Positions 37,228-45,380 of a stretch of 55,773 bases of DNA are shown piece by piece. Made by a program: the position numbers and the translations under genes. Under the pieces are notes generated by a model, which ran no database searches, was not told where the DNA came from, and saw only the letters and a list, made by a program, of their open reading frames with translations. The stretch comes from a virus (lineage: Duplodnaviria > Caudoviricetes). The number at the start of each line of letters is the position of its first letter. Within the stretch, counting starts at the first letter, position 1. Location: the IMG/VR virus record IMGVR_UViG_3300047564_005519, positions 1-55,773 of that record; one strand, 5' to 3'.

Positions 37228-38481
37228 ATGGTAGATATATTAAATACGAAAAAAAGAGATTATCAATACAACGGTCCTGTTGATAGTTCTGATTACAACT
37301 TAAGAATAGATGAAAACTACAGAGATCTTGTTTATCTATATAATAAAATTGGCGTAATTGACAATAAGTTATATCAGGCATTCGAAAGAGTTATCAAAGA
37401 GAATCAGTTTCTTATAGCTGCACTAGTTGATATGGAAGATAGAGTAAAGGCACTTGAATCTGCGAGTAACTTAGTTTCCATCCATTCCTACAATCAGTTG
37501 GATTACGCTTCGTTTACTGGAACATCTTTTGCTATTACAGCTAATGAATTACTTTCTTTTGATCCAGTATATAATGTGATTACCTTGCCAAAAGTATCAA
37601 CTAGCTCTTATTCTAAGCTTAAATTTTCTAACTCAGTTGCTGGTCAAATAGTTCCAGATTTTTTCAAAGCCAAGATTGTTAATAATTATAGTGGTGTAGA
37701 CACGACTGGAGCAGTACTTGATAGTACTCCAATTTATAACTGCATTCTAGATTCAATGGATAAAGTTTGGAAAAGAACTATAATTTCCGATATAGCCTCT
37801 CCTGCTGGAGCTCAAATGATGGTATATATTAAGGTACCAGCTGAGGCAGCCGGATCTTTAAAGGCTAATTTCTTTAAAATTAATCCATATCCAGCTTTTG
37901 GTACAGATGTTCTGTCTATAGAATATACTACCAATATCAATCCAACTCTGTCCGATTCAGATGGTTGGACTCCACTTAATAGGTTTGGATATTATAATAA
38001 TACATCTGAGGCAATAGGTAAAGTTCCACCAGGTGGTTGGACCACAATTGCCGCTGATGCTATCCGTAATTCTGGTCCACTAGCTTTCGTTTTCCCAGAT
38101 ACTGATATCACTGCTTTCAGAGTAAAGTTGGTTCAAAGAAATTATTTTATGGAATCCGGCAAATATATTTATACCTATGGGCTATCTGATCTTGATATAA
38201 GATATGATAAATTTATGCCTAATGGCAGAATGATGATAAAATATACTCCTCCAAATGGAGATACGATTTCTGATGTTCTTAATGTAACACCTAAGATTTA
38301 TAATGTTCCCTTAAGCTCATTGTCAGAAGCATTTAGTTATAGAGTGATATATGATGACGCTGGAACTTATACTTTATCTAATCCTGGCATTTCTACAAGC
38401 GTGTGGATTGAAGTTACTCTCAATATGCTTTCGGACAAAACTGCACCAGTTTTGAGTGATTTAATTATTGAATATATATAG
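37228..38481 (+). CDS. virion structural protein, paralog family
   Basis: YNGPVDSSDYN...DLVYLYN, then a coiled coil, a beta domain and a C-terminal APVLSDLIIEY. Confidence 0.55.
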   Translation: MVDILNTKKRDYQYNGPVDSSDYNLRIDENYRDLVYLYNKIGVIDNKLYQAFERVIKENQFLIAALVDMEDRVKALESASNLVSIHSYNQLDYASFTGTSFAITANELLSFDPVYNVITLPKVSTSSYSKLKFSNSVAGQIVPDFFKAKIVNNYSGVDTTGAVLDSTPIYNCILDSMDKVWKRTIISDIASPAGAQMMVYIKVPAEAAGSLKANFFKINPYPAFGTDVLSIEYTTNINPTLSDSDGWTPLNRFGYYNNTSEAIGKVPPGGWTTIAADAIRNSGPLAFVFPDTDITAFRVKLVQRNYFMESGKYIYTYGLSDLDIRYDKFMPNGRMMIKYTPPNGDTISDVLNVTPKIYNVPLSSLSEAFSYRVIYDDAGTYTLSNPGISTSVWIEVTLNMLSDKTAPVLSDLIIEYI

Positions 38482-38500
38482 TTTATTAGTTTATTTTCGC

Positions 38501-38509
38501 TGCTACTAT
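38501..38509 (+). promoter_or_regulatory. putative extended -10 promoter (TGCTACTAT)
   Basis: Lies in one of the few real intergenic gaps, upstream of the AAGGAG RBS and ATG 38539. Confidence 0.45.
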
Positions 38510-38538
38510 AAAGATAGTTTTTTTATTAAGGAGAAAAA

Positions 38539-39159
38539 ATGACTACCTTTTACGTAGGCCCTCGGCCTGTTCTCAAGGGCCAGAACTCAAATGAGATGGT
38601 CAACACATATAAAGGCACAGCTGGTACTTACTCTTTCTATCCACTGTTTAGTACTAGTCATGTTTTAGATGGTGCACCAGATAATCATTTTAATCCTGGT
38701 ACTGGTGATTTCCCTGGAAATAGATTCCTTTCACAAATTTTCAATGGCTCAACCCTCTATGTACATCCTCTTTCTGGCACTTTTGCTGATGGCGCTGGAT
38801 ATGATGGTGCAAGATTCAAGCCAAAAGAGTTCAAAGGTCTAGCTGGCGCAGCAGCCTTCCCCTCTAACTTTGGTCACGCATACAATAGAGGCAATGACTA
38901 CGAATACTATGATAACTGGCTTTTTGATGGCGTACCTTCAGCCAATGTGATGACTAACCTTGGCCATGGCCAGAGAACAGAAGCTCAAGGTGCCCCAAGC
39001 TCCTTCGGATATTTTGCCCCTACAGAATTCAATGGCGTTACCAGCACCACTGTATTTACATCTGGATACGGTCAGGCTTATCCAACAGGCTATGATAACG
39101 AATATGGCAAAAACAGAGTTCAAGAGTTCAGAGGTGTCCCTTCTGCAAAAGCTCTATGA
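38539..39159 (+). CDS. Gly/aromatic-rich repeat protein, probably an abundant virion component
   Basis: Strong RBS. Codons are more C/G-ending (ttc, aac, tac, aag) than in neighbouring genes. Four imperfect FxG(V/L) repeats. Confidence 0.6.
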   Translation: MTTFYVGPRPVLKGQNSNEMVNTYKGTAGTYSFYPLFSTSHVLDGAPDNHFNPGTGDFPGNRFLSQIFNGSTLYVHPLSGTFADGAGYDGARFKPKEFKGLAGAAAFPSNFGHAYNRGNDYEYYDNWLFDGVPSANVMTNLGHGQRTEAQGAPSSFGYFAPTEFNGVTSTTVFTSGYGQAYPTGYDNEYGKNRVQEFRGVPSAKAL

Positions 39160-39424
39160 TTTTACGATAAAACCACCAGTTCTTGATAAAGATAGAACTA
39201 GTGGTTTTGTCGCATGGGCTAGTTTAGCAGCTGGGATAGTCGCATATGAAGTATATGCGATTAGGTCCAAAAAGATCGAAACTTTAACAAGAGCTTTTTG
39301 GAGAATTACAGACAAAAAAATTCACGGAAGCATATTCACTGGAGCGTGGTTAGGTTTAACCTTTCATCTTCTTATAGAGAAGTCATTTCGAAGATTTATT
39401 TCAGGAAAAAAGGATGCAATATGA
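39134..39424 (+). CDS. two-TM membrane protein of a type common in actinobacteriophages
   Basis: AWASLAAGIVAYEVYA...ETLT...AWLGLTFHLL. The start is uncertain; GTG 39134 was chosen over the ORF-track TTG at 38960, which overlaps the previous gene heavily. Confidence 0.55.
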   Translation: MSLLQKLYDFTIKPPVLDKDRTSGFVAWASLAAGIVAYEVYAIRSKKIETLTRAFWRITDKKIHGSIFTGAWLGLTFHLLIEKSFRRFISGKKDAI

Positions 39425-39621
39425 GTAAATTAACTAAAGATATTATCGAAAGAGCACTTTGGACAGCCGTTCAATCCTTCTTAGCCGTTTGGGTAATCGG
39501 CGATGTAGCGTCACTAAAGTCCGCAGCTGTTGCCGCTGGTGCAGCAGTCATCTCAGTGGTCAAGGGCGTCGCTGCCTCTAAGGTTGGAGATCCAGAAAGT
39601 GCAGCTACTTTAAAAGCCTAA
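39421..39621 (+). CDS. holin, r1t-like family
   Basis: 66 aa from ATG 39421. KDIIERALWTAVQSFLAV...AAVAAGAAVISVVK is the r1t-holin ERA.kT..Q signature. Confidence 0.8.
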   Translation: MSKLTKDIIERALWTAVQSFLAVWVIGDVASLKSAAVAAGAAVISVVKGVAASKVGDPESAATLKA

Positions 39622-39648
39622 ATAATTAGACATTGTTCTTCTTCTTCA

Positions 39649-39657
39649 TGGTATAAT
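39649..39657 (+). promoter_or_regulatory. putative extended -10 promoter (TGGTATAAT) inside an imperfect inverted repeat
   Basis: Perfect TGnTATAAT in the intergenic gap after the holin, with TAGACA at 39627-39632. Confidence 0.5.
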
Positions 39658-39679
39658 TACCAAGAAGGTGAACTCCAAG

Positions 39680-39712
39680 AAGTCCCGCCTTTTTGGCGGG
39701 ACTTTCTTTTTT
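39680..39712 (+). terminator. Rho-independent terminator
   Basis: Stem AAGTCCCGCC, loop TTTTT, stem GGCGGGACTT, followed by TCTTTTTT. It sits at the boundary between the structural/lysis module and the metabolism module. Confidence 0.85.
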
Positions 39713-39734
39713 CAGCAATAGGAAAGTTGGAATA

Positions 39735-40442
39735 ATGTCTATCGAAGACATCAAAAAAGCAGTAGCCGATAAGTCTCTTCCAATGGAAGTCGCAGAAAAG
39801 TATTTAAAACTTTATGTTGCAGATATTGAGTGGCAACAGCATATCACTAGATTGTGGAATAATTCTTTAAACAAACTTAAAGACATAGATCACACTAAAC
39901 AGCATCTGAAAAATGCTATCGCATGCACTACTATATTACCCCTGGTGGAAAAAACGCCAATCCCTGATCCACCACAAAACCTATTATTTTGGTGTCCTGG
40001 ATGGCATCAATTTAAAGAACAGGATTGGTTTGAATCTCTTATGGAAATTATGAGAGAAGATATAATAATTTCCGAAAATAGAAATAAAATAATTAAAGTT
40101 GGAGTTATAGATCCCATTGATGTTAGTCCAGTTACTCGTCAAGCATACAATTGGCTTTACGATAAGGTTCTCGCAACTGAAAACATAGACTCTTTAAATA
40201 AAAAGGATTTAGAACTAAAACTAGCTAATCTAGTTCGAGCATATGGTGGATCTGTTATTTGCAGTATGTTTATGAACTATAAGCTTAATGTAGATAAAGT
40301 ATTAAATTGGCGAAGTGGTTATTTTTTTGAAAAGCAGATCTATAAGGTATATAATATAGATCAAATCTTAAAGATCAAAACCACTGAATTAAATAAAACA
40401 AATCAAAAGTATATTAAAAAAATTGGAGCTAATAATGGTTGA
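39735..40442 (+). CDS. hypothetical protein
   Basis: Likely start ATG 39735 (MSIEDIKK), because the ORF-track start lies inside the terminator. No motif recognised. Confidence 0.7.
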   Translation: MSIEDIKKAVADKSLPMEVAEKYLKLYVADIEWQQHITRLWNNSLNKLKDIDHTKQHLKNAIACTTILPLVEKTPIPDPPQNLLFWCPGWHQFKEQDWFESLMEIMREDIIISENRNKIIKVGVIDPIDVSPVTRQAYNWLYDKVLATENIDSLNKKDLELKLANLVRAYGGSVICSMFMNYKLNVDKVLNWRSGYFFEKQIYKVYNIDQILKIKTTELNKTNQKYIKKIGANNG

Positions 40443-42537
40443 ATCGATTCTTCTCAACAGTGATACAAATAATTCTAAGGTATCAACTTTTCTATTTAAA
40501 TTAAGTGAAGAATTTGTTGATTCATATAGAAGTAAACCCAGTCCATTTGGTTATCGGGACGCAGTTGGTAACTCTGTTGGAGAGATAACTTTTCTCAGAA
40601 CATATTCTAGAATAAAAGAAGATGGAACAAAAGAGACCTGGGTAGATGTCTGCGAGAGAGTTATTAATGGAATGTACTCTCTCCAAAAAGAGCACTGTAA
40701 AAAGAATAGATTACCATGGAACGATTTAAAGGCTCAGGCATCAGCTAAGGAAGCTTTCGATAGATTATTTAACCTTAAGTGGACACCTCCTGGGCGTGGT
40801 CTTTGGGTCATGGGAACTCCAATCGTAATGGTTCAAAAGAACTCAGCAGCTCTTCAGAACTGCGCGTTTGTTAGCACTGGAGAGATGACTAAGAATAATC
40901 CCGCAAAGCCCTTCGGCTTCCTCATGGAGGCCTCGATGCTGGGTGTCGGTGTAGGATTCGATGACAAAGGCGCTGATAAAGATTTTACTATCTACGAGCC
41001 AAATAGACCTACAATTGTTGAGAATATTGAAGACTCACGTGAAGGCTGGGTTAACTCAACGACACAGCTCATTAATTCATATTTAAAGCCAGATCAGAAT
41101 CCAATTGAATTTGACTATAGCTCGATCAGACCTGCTGGCACTCCTATTAAAACCTTTGGTGGCACTGCAGCTGGTGCTGATCCATTGATCAAGCTTCATA
41201 AGCATATTCGCAGAATGTTCGATGGCCGCAATGGAGAAAAGCTCACTAGAGTAGACATTGCTGACATTGGCAATACAATCGGCGTATGTGTAGTATCTGG
41301 CAATGTTCGTAGATCCGCAGAACTTCTTATCGGAAGAATTGATGATGACAATTTCTTAAATCTAAAGAATGCGGAGCGTTTTCCTGAGAGAAACTCTTAT
41401 GATTCTTCCGCTCCTGGGTGGGGATGGATGTCAAATAACTCAGTAGAAGTTTCGGTTGGTACCGATCTATCTTCTATTGTCGATGGCATTTCTAGAAACG
41501 GTGAACCAGGAGTTATCTGGATGGATATGTCACGTAAATATGGTCGCCTCGCAGATGCCCCAAACAATAAGGATTGGCGAGTCGCTGGGTATAATCCATG
41601 CGCTGAGCAGTCACTCGAGTCATACGAATGCTGCACGCTTGTGGAGACCTATCTCAATAGACATGATTCTTTAGATGATTTTAAGCGCACATTAAAGTTT
41701 GCTTATCTTTACGCTAAGACTGTCACATTACTTCCAACTCACTGGGAAGAGACTAATGCTATCATGCAAAGAAATAGAAGAATTGGAACTTCTGTTTCTG
41801 GTGTCGCTAACTTTGCAGACAGACTTGGTATGCCTACATTAAGAGAGTGGTTAAATGATGGCTATTTAACAGTTCAGCGTTATGACAATATTTATTCAGA
41901 ATGGCTTGGCATTAGAGAGTCTATTAAGACAACTACTGTAAAGCCTTCTGGTACGGTATCAATCCTTGCTGGAGAATCTCCTGGCGTTCACTGGACTCCT
42001 GGTGGCAAGTATTTTATGCGAGCTATCCGATTCTCAAATGATGATCCAATGCTACCATTATTTAGAATGGCAAACTATAGAGTAGAGCCAGCTTCAGAGT
42101 CACCAGATACCACGTCTGTAGTATTTTTCCCAATCAAGTCTGACGCTTCTAGATCTGAAAAAGATGTTACCATATTCGAGAAAATGTCTCTTGCTGCTGT
42201 GGCTCAAAGATATTGGTCAGACAATTCAGTTTCTGTTACAATTTCCTTTGATTCAGAAAAAGAAAAAGATCATGTTGGAACTGTTCTTCATATGTATGAT
42301 GGACAGCTAAAGACTGTTTCTTTCCTTCCACAAGGTAATTTCACATATCCCCAGATGCCATATACTCAGATTAGTGAGGAAGAATATACAGAAAGTTCTC
42401 TCAATCTGTTGCCAATTGATCTATCTGGTGTATACTCTGGTCTGGCAGCAGATGCGATAGGCGAAAACTACTGTACAACATCAGCATGTGAGGTCAAATT
42501 TATAATAGATAATCAAAAACCTCTCAATGAAAAGTAG
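40435..42537 (+). CDS. nrdJ: class II (adenosylcobalamin-dependent) ribonucleotide reductase, monomeric RTPR type
   Basis: TFLRTYSR, PPGRGLW, LQNCAF, VVSGNVRRSAE, NPCAEQ.L...ECCTLVE and TTVKPSGT, plus the C-terminal redox pair YCTTSAC. GGAG RBS before ATG 40435. Confidence 0.93.
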   Translation: MVESILLNSDTNNSKVSTFLFKLSEEFVDSYRSKPSPFGYRDAVGNSVGEITFLRTYSRIKEDGTKETWVDVCERVINGMYSLQKEHCKKNRLPWNDLKAQASAKEAFDRLFNLKWTPPGRGLWVMGTPIVMVQKNSAALQNCAFVSTGEMTKNNPAKPFGFLMEASMLGVGVGFDDKGADKDFTIYEPNRPTIVENIEDSREGWVNSTTQLINSYLKPDQNPIEFDYSSIRPAGTPIKTFGGTAAGADPLIKLHKHIRRMFDGRNGEKLTRVDIADIGNTIGVCVVSGNVRRSAELLIGRIDDDNFLNLKNAERFPERNSYDSSAPGWGWMSNNSVEVSVGTDLSSIVDGISRNGEPGVIWMDMSRKYGRLADAPNNKDWRVAGYNPCAEQSLESYECCTLVETYLNRHDSLDDFKRTLKFAYLYAKTVTLLPTHWEETNAIMQRNRRIGTSVSGVANFADRLGMPTLREWLNDGYLTVQRYDNIYSEWLGIRESIKTTTVKPSGTVSILAGESPGVHWTPGGKYFMRAIRFSNDDPMLPLFRMANYRVEPASESPDTTSVVFFPIKSDASRSEKDVTIFEKMSLAAVAQRYWSDNSVSVTISFDSEKEKDHVGTVLHMYDGQLKTVSFLPQGNFTYPQMPYTQISEEEYTESSLNLLPIDLSGVYSGLAADAIGENYCTTSACEVKFIIDNQKPLNEK

Positions 42538-43020
42538 TTTTTACTTTTTGTTGTGTTACTAAATTCATATGAAAAATAAAACAACAACCAGATTATGTCG
42601 TCAATGCAAAATAGATAAACCATTACAAGACTTCTATGAAGATAGTCGTGTCAAAAAAGATGGACGTCGATCCAAATGTAAAGAGTGCCTAACTAATGGT
42701 AAGCCACCTGGCCCAGTGCCAATGAATCCTCTTACTCGCTATGAGGTTGATCAAAAAGGATGCTGGATCTGGAAAGGCGCAGTACATGCTACTGGCTATG
42801 GACAAATTAAATGGAAAGGGCAGTCTACCGTTGCTCATCGTGTTGTCTATGAGTTAACTAAGGGAGCAATACCTAAGGGTCTCTATTTGGATCATTTATG
42901 TAGTGTTAAGCTTTGCGTTAATCCGGAACATCTTGAACCGGTGACTCAAAAAGTAAATATTCAACGAGCATGGAATCGCAACCACTGTGCCACATGTACC
43001 TGTTTTTTAGAGGAAAAATG
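42475..43020 (+). mobile_element. homing-endonuclease cassette inserted into the nrdJ 3' end, carrying a replacement RNR C-terminus
   Basis: ACAACA occurs at 42475-42480 and again at 43021-43026. The two copies begin TTSACEVKFI and TTDSCEVKFI respectively, with the HNH gene between them. Confidence 0.75.
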
Positions 43021-43021
43021 A
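42569..43021 (+). CDS. HNH homing endonuclease with N-terminal Zn-binding module
   Basis: CRQC...CKEC, then GCWIWKG...GYGQI...AHRVVYE...DHLC...CVNPEHLEPVT...N. Confidence 0.92.
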   Translation: MKNKTTTRLCRQCKIDKPLQDFYEDSRVKKDGRRSKCKECLTNGKPPGPVPMNPLTRYEVDQKGCWIWKGAVHATGYGQIKWKGQSTVAHRVVYELTKGAIPKGLYLDHLCSVKLCVNPEHLEPVTQKVNIQRAWNRNHCATCTCFLEEK

Positions 43022-43071
43022 CAACAGACAGCTGTGAAGTAAAGTTCATCAAGGAAAACGTTAAAGGATAA
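43018..43071 (+). pseudogene. displaced ancestral nrdJ C-terminal fragment / 17-aa mini-ORF MTTDSCEVKFIKENVKG
   Basis: Translated directly from the sequence. Its ATG overlaps the HNH stop (ATGA), AGAGGA lies just upstream, and TAA ends 1 nt before the ATG at 43073. Confidence 0.75.
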
Positions 43072-43072
43072 A

Positions 43073-43435
43073 ATGTCAGACGAAAATAATGACCACGATT
43101 TTGACAAAGTTTTTGAAGAAATTGTGAATTCAGATGATTTGAAGCAGATCAAGGAAAATTATGACACAGATGTTCGTCATGGTGTTAAAGAGTTGATATT
43201 AATTCAGCAATCTTTGGCTGACGTTTCTGGTCATATTTCTGAGATTCTTCTTCGTTCATTGTCCGAAAATACTATGGTTTTTGGTGACGATAATGTTTAT
43301 CATAATTTATTATCTTCGATTTATAAAATCTCTGAAGATTTTAACGAATATATGGTAGATTATTATATTGTGATCGATGACGATATGGACATAGATCTTT
43401 TTGATGAAGATGAAGATGGAGGCGAAGATGAGTGA
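43073..43435 (+). CDS. hypothetical very acidic protein
   Basis: 120 aa, Asp/Glu-rich, with the tail DDDMDIDLFDEDEDGGEDE. Confidence 0.7.
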   Translation: MSDENNDHDFDKVFEEIVNSDDLKQIKENYDTDVRHGVKELILIQQSLADVSGHISEILLRSLSENTMVFGDDNVYHNLLSSIYKISEDFNEYMVDYYIVIDDDMDIDLFDEDEDGGEDE

Positions 43436-44108
43436 GATCATTAATGTACTAGATAATGGGTATGTCAGATTAGTTGATATCATGGGCAATGATCTTTCTG
43501 TTGCCAATGCCGCCAGAGCATCATTCGCTAAAGAATCGACAGAATTAACACCTGGAGATGAAAGACTAATTAATTTCTTGGTTAGAGAAAATCATATGTC
43601 ACCATTCCGACATGCCTTTATGACATTTGAGTTTAAGGCTCCACTCATGGTCGCTCGCCAACATTGGAAGTATATTGTTGGCAGTGACCATACAATGGAT
43701 GGTTGGAATGAATCTAGTCGTCGGTACGTAACATCGGATCCAGAGTTTTATACGCCTAGTATATGGCGTTCTGCTCCAGAAAATAAAAAGCAGGGATCTG
43801 GTGCTCCAGTTGATCAGGTAATTGCAAATCAATTAACACTAGATTTAGTTAAGTATTATTCTGAAGGAATACATCTTTACGAACAGGCTATGGAAAATGG
43901 TGTTGCTGCAGAACAAGCTAGACTGTTCCTCCCTGCGTATGGGATGTATGTTAATTACAGATGGTCATGCAGTCTTCAATCCGTGATGCTATTCCTCAAT
44001 CAACGCTTAGCTGAGGATTCTCAAGTTGAAATTCAAGAATATGCAAAAGCAGTTAAAGATTTAATCGAAGATAAGTTTCCTATTTCTATTTCTCTTTTAG
44101 TTGGTTAA
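43428..44108 (+). CDS. thyX: flavin-dependent thymidylate synthase
   Basis: GYVRLVD.MG.DLSVANAARAS, HMSPF, APLMVARQHWKY, WNESSRRY, EQARLFLP and QVEIQEYA. GGAGG RBS. Confidence 0.92.
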   Translation: MSEIINVLDNGYVRLVDIMGNDLSVANAARASFAKESTELTPGDERLINFLVRENHMSPFRHAFMTFEFKAPLMVARQHWKYIVGSDHTMDGWNESSRRYVTSDPEFYTPSIWRSAPENKKQGSGAPVDQVIANQLTLDLVKYYSEGIHLYEQAMENGVAAEQARLFLPAYGMYVNYRWSCSLQSVMLFLNQRLAEDSQVEIQEYAKAVKDLIEDKFPISISLLVG

Positions 44109-44109
44109 T

Positions 44110-44271
44110 ATGGAATTCCTTATTAAATTAATTCTTTTTATCATTTTTGGTAATTGGTGGATAGCTATGAATATATTCATTACCAATTCTGAAACTAAAA
44201 GAATCAAGTATATTGCGCTAGCTTGGGCAATAGCTTTTTCTGTAATAGTAGGATTCATAGTTATTCCATGA
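44110..44271 (+). CDS. small two-TM membrane protein (53 aa, not in ORF track)
   Basis: MEFLIKLILFIIFGNWWIAMNIFITNSETKRIKYIALAWAIAFSVIVGFIVIP. It fills the gap after thyX exactly and overlaps the next gene by ATGA. Confidence 0.7.
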   Translation: MEFLIKLILFIIFGNWWIAMNIFITNSETKRIKYIALAWAIAFSVIVGFIVIP

Positions 44272-44726
44272 TTTCAAGAAAAGATATTCAATTTATGCGC
44301 ACATGTGTAGCAATGTCTGGTATTTTTGCTACTTGTGCCAAACGACAGTACGCAGCTATATTGACTGATAATTTGGGTCATATCGTTGGCACCGGATATA
44401 ATGGTGGGCCTAGAGGCGCAAAACATTGTATCGATGGAGGATGTCCAAGATTGATTGAGAATTCTCCACATGGAAGCAACTACGATAATTGTATAGCAAT
44501 CCATGCAGAAGCTAATGCCTTCTTGCATTCAGACTATAGTTCTAGACCTACTAAAATTTATGTCAATGGACCACCATGTTTTTCTTGCGCTAAACTAATT
44601 GCAAATTCAACAGTCACTGATGTATACTATCTAGCAGATACTGCATATCTAGATTGGGATAATGTTAATGCATTTCTTACTAACTCAAACATTGCGACTT
44701 GGGAGATAGATCGTGCCAGCATCTAA
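44268..44726 (+). CDS. dCMP deaminase (ComEB-like)
   Basis: TCAKRQ...GTGYNG...HC..GGC...IHAEANA...PCFSCAKLI. Confidence 0.9.
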   Translation: MISRKDIQFMRTCVAMSGIFATCAKRQYAAILTDNLGHIVGTGYNGGPRGAKHCIDGGCPRLIENSPHGSNYDNCIAIHAEANAFLHSDYSSRPTKIYVNGPPCFSCAKLIANSTVTDVYYLADTAYLDWDNVNAFLTNSNIATWEIDRASI

Positions 44727-44934
44727 ATTAAACTATTTGGTAGTTTACAAAAACCATAGTCAAGTTTATGGTTCAGCATCAAAGAAAATAGCTGAAGATA
44801 GTCCTCCGCCAGAGGGCTTTACATCAGATGATAAAAACATTTTTTTTGTAACGTTTGAACCAGACTCAGATAATATTTGTTTATATAAAGTAACCGATCA
44901 GGAACAGGAAGATGACCAAGAAGCAGATGAATAA
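44713..44934 (+). CDS. hypothetical protein
   Basis: GTG start with GGGAG RBS. Acidic tail. Confidence 0.65.
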   Translation: MPASKLNYLVVYKNHSQVYGSASKKIAEDSPPPEGFTSDDKNIFFVTFEPDSDNICLYKVTDQEQEDDQEADE

Positions 44935-45148
44935 GAAGAAGATTAGCCTCAAATTAAACGAAGGCGAATCAGCTTTAGTATTGCATTATGATAATTTAAT
45001 GCACATAGCAGAAAGCTATGACTACTTTGCCTCACAAGAAAAAGATCCAGATACTGGAAATTGGTATAGAGAATTGGCAGACTCAATTAGATATCAAGCT
45101 GGTATAAATCATTTTGAAGGTCCGGATGAAGAATACGACTGGTACTAA
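44912..45148 (+). CDS. hypothetical protein
   Basis: 78-aa ORF in an overlapping operon arrangement. Confidence 0.6.
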   Translation: MTKKQMNKKKISLKLNEGESALVLHYDNLMHIAESYDYFASQEKDPDTGNWYRELADSIRYQAGINHFEGPDEEYDWY

Positions 45149-45380
45149 ACTAGCTTTTTTAGGGTTAGCATGTACAATTCTTTATTTCAGATATAGGTCT
45201 TCTTTTATGTTAGATAGGTATAACTCAAAACCTGAAATTCGTCATTATTTAAATAGACTTATTGAGTTCTATGATTTGTCTGTTTTGGATAATGTGCGGC
45301 AATCTTTTTTCGAAATGCTTGATTATGGCCTCGATGCAGACCAAGCATTTCATCTTTTAATATCAAAGGTAACGAAATGA
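45126..45380 (+). CDS. hypothetical protein with N-terminal hydrophobic segment
   Basis: LAFLGLACTILYF. ATGA overlap with the glycosyltransferase gene. Confidence 0.6.
   Translation: MKNTTGTKLAFLGLACTILYFRYRSSFMLDRYNSKPEIRHYLNRLIEFYDLSVLDNVRQSFFEMLDYGLDADQAFHLLISKVTK

Noticed and set aside
39693-39734. ORF-track start of the 249-aa gene; likewise the extended starts at 38960, 39298 and 44223
   Set aside because: These starts fall inside a terminator or deep inside upstream genes. The downstream starts fit operon packing better.
42475-43020. Group I intron in nrdJ (the upstream exon would end in T and the insert ends in G)
   Set aside because: The HNH ORF and the replacement tail occupy nearly all 546 nt, leaving ~30 nt and no room for a ribozyme core. 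The unspliced gene already has both cysteines. An Infernal search or RT-PCR would settle it.
42475-43026. Ribosomal bypass between matching ACA-ACA codons
   Set aside because: There is no stop or hairpin at the take-off site, the gap is very long, and the upstream frame ends normally.
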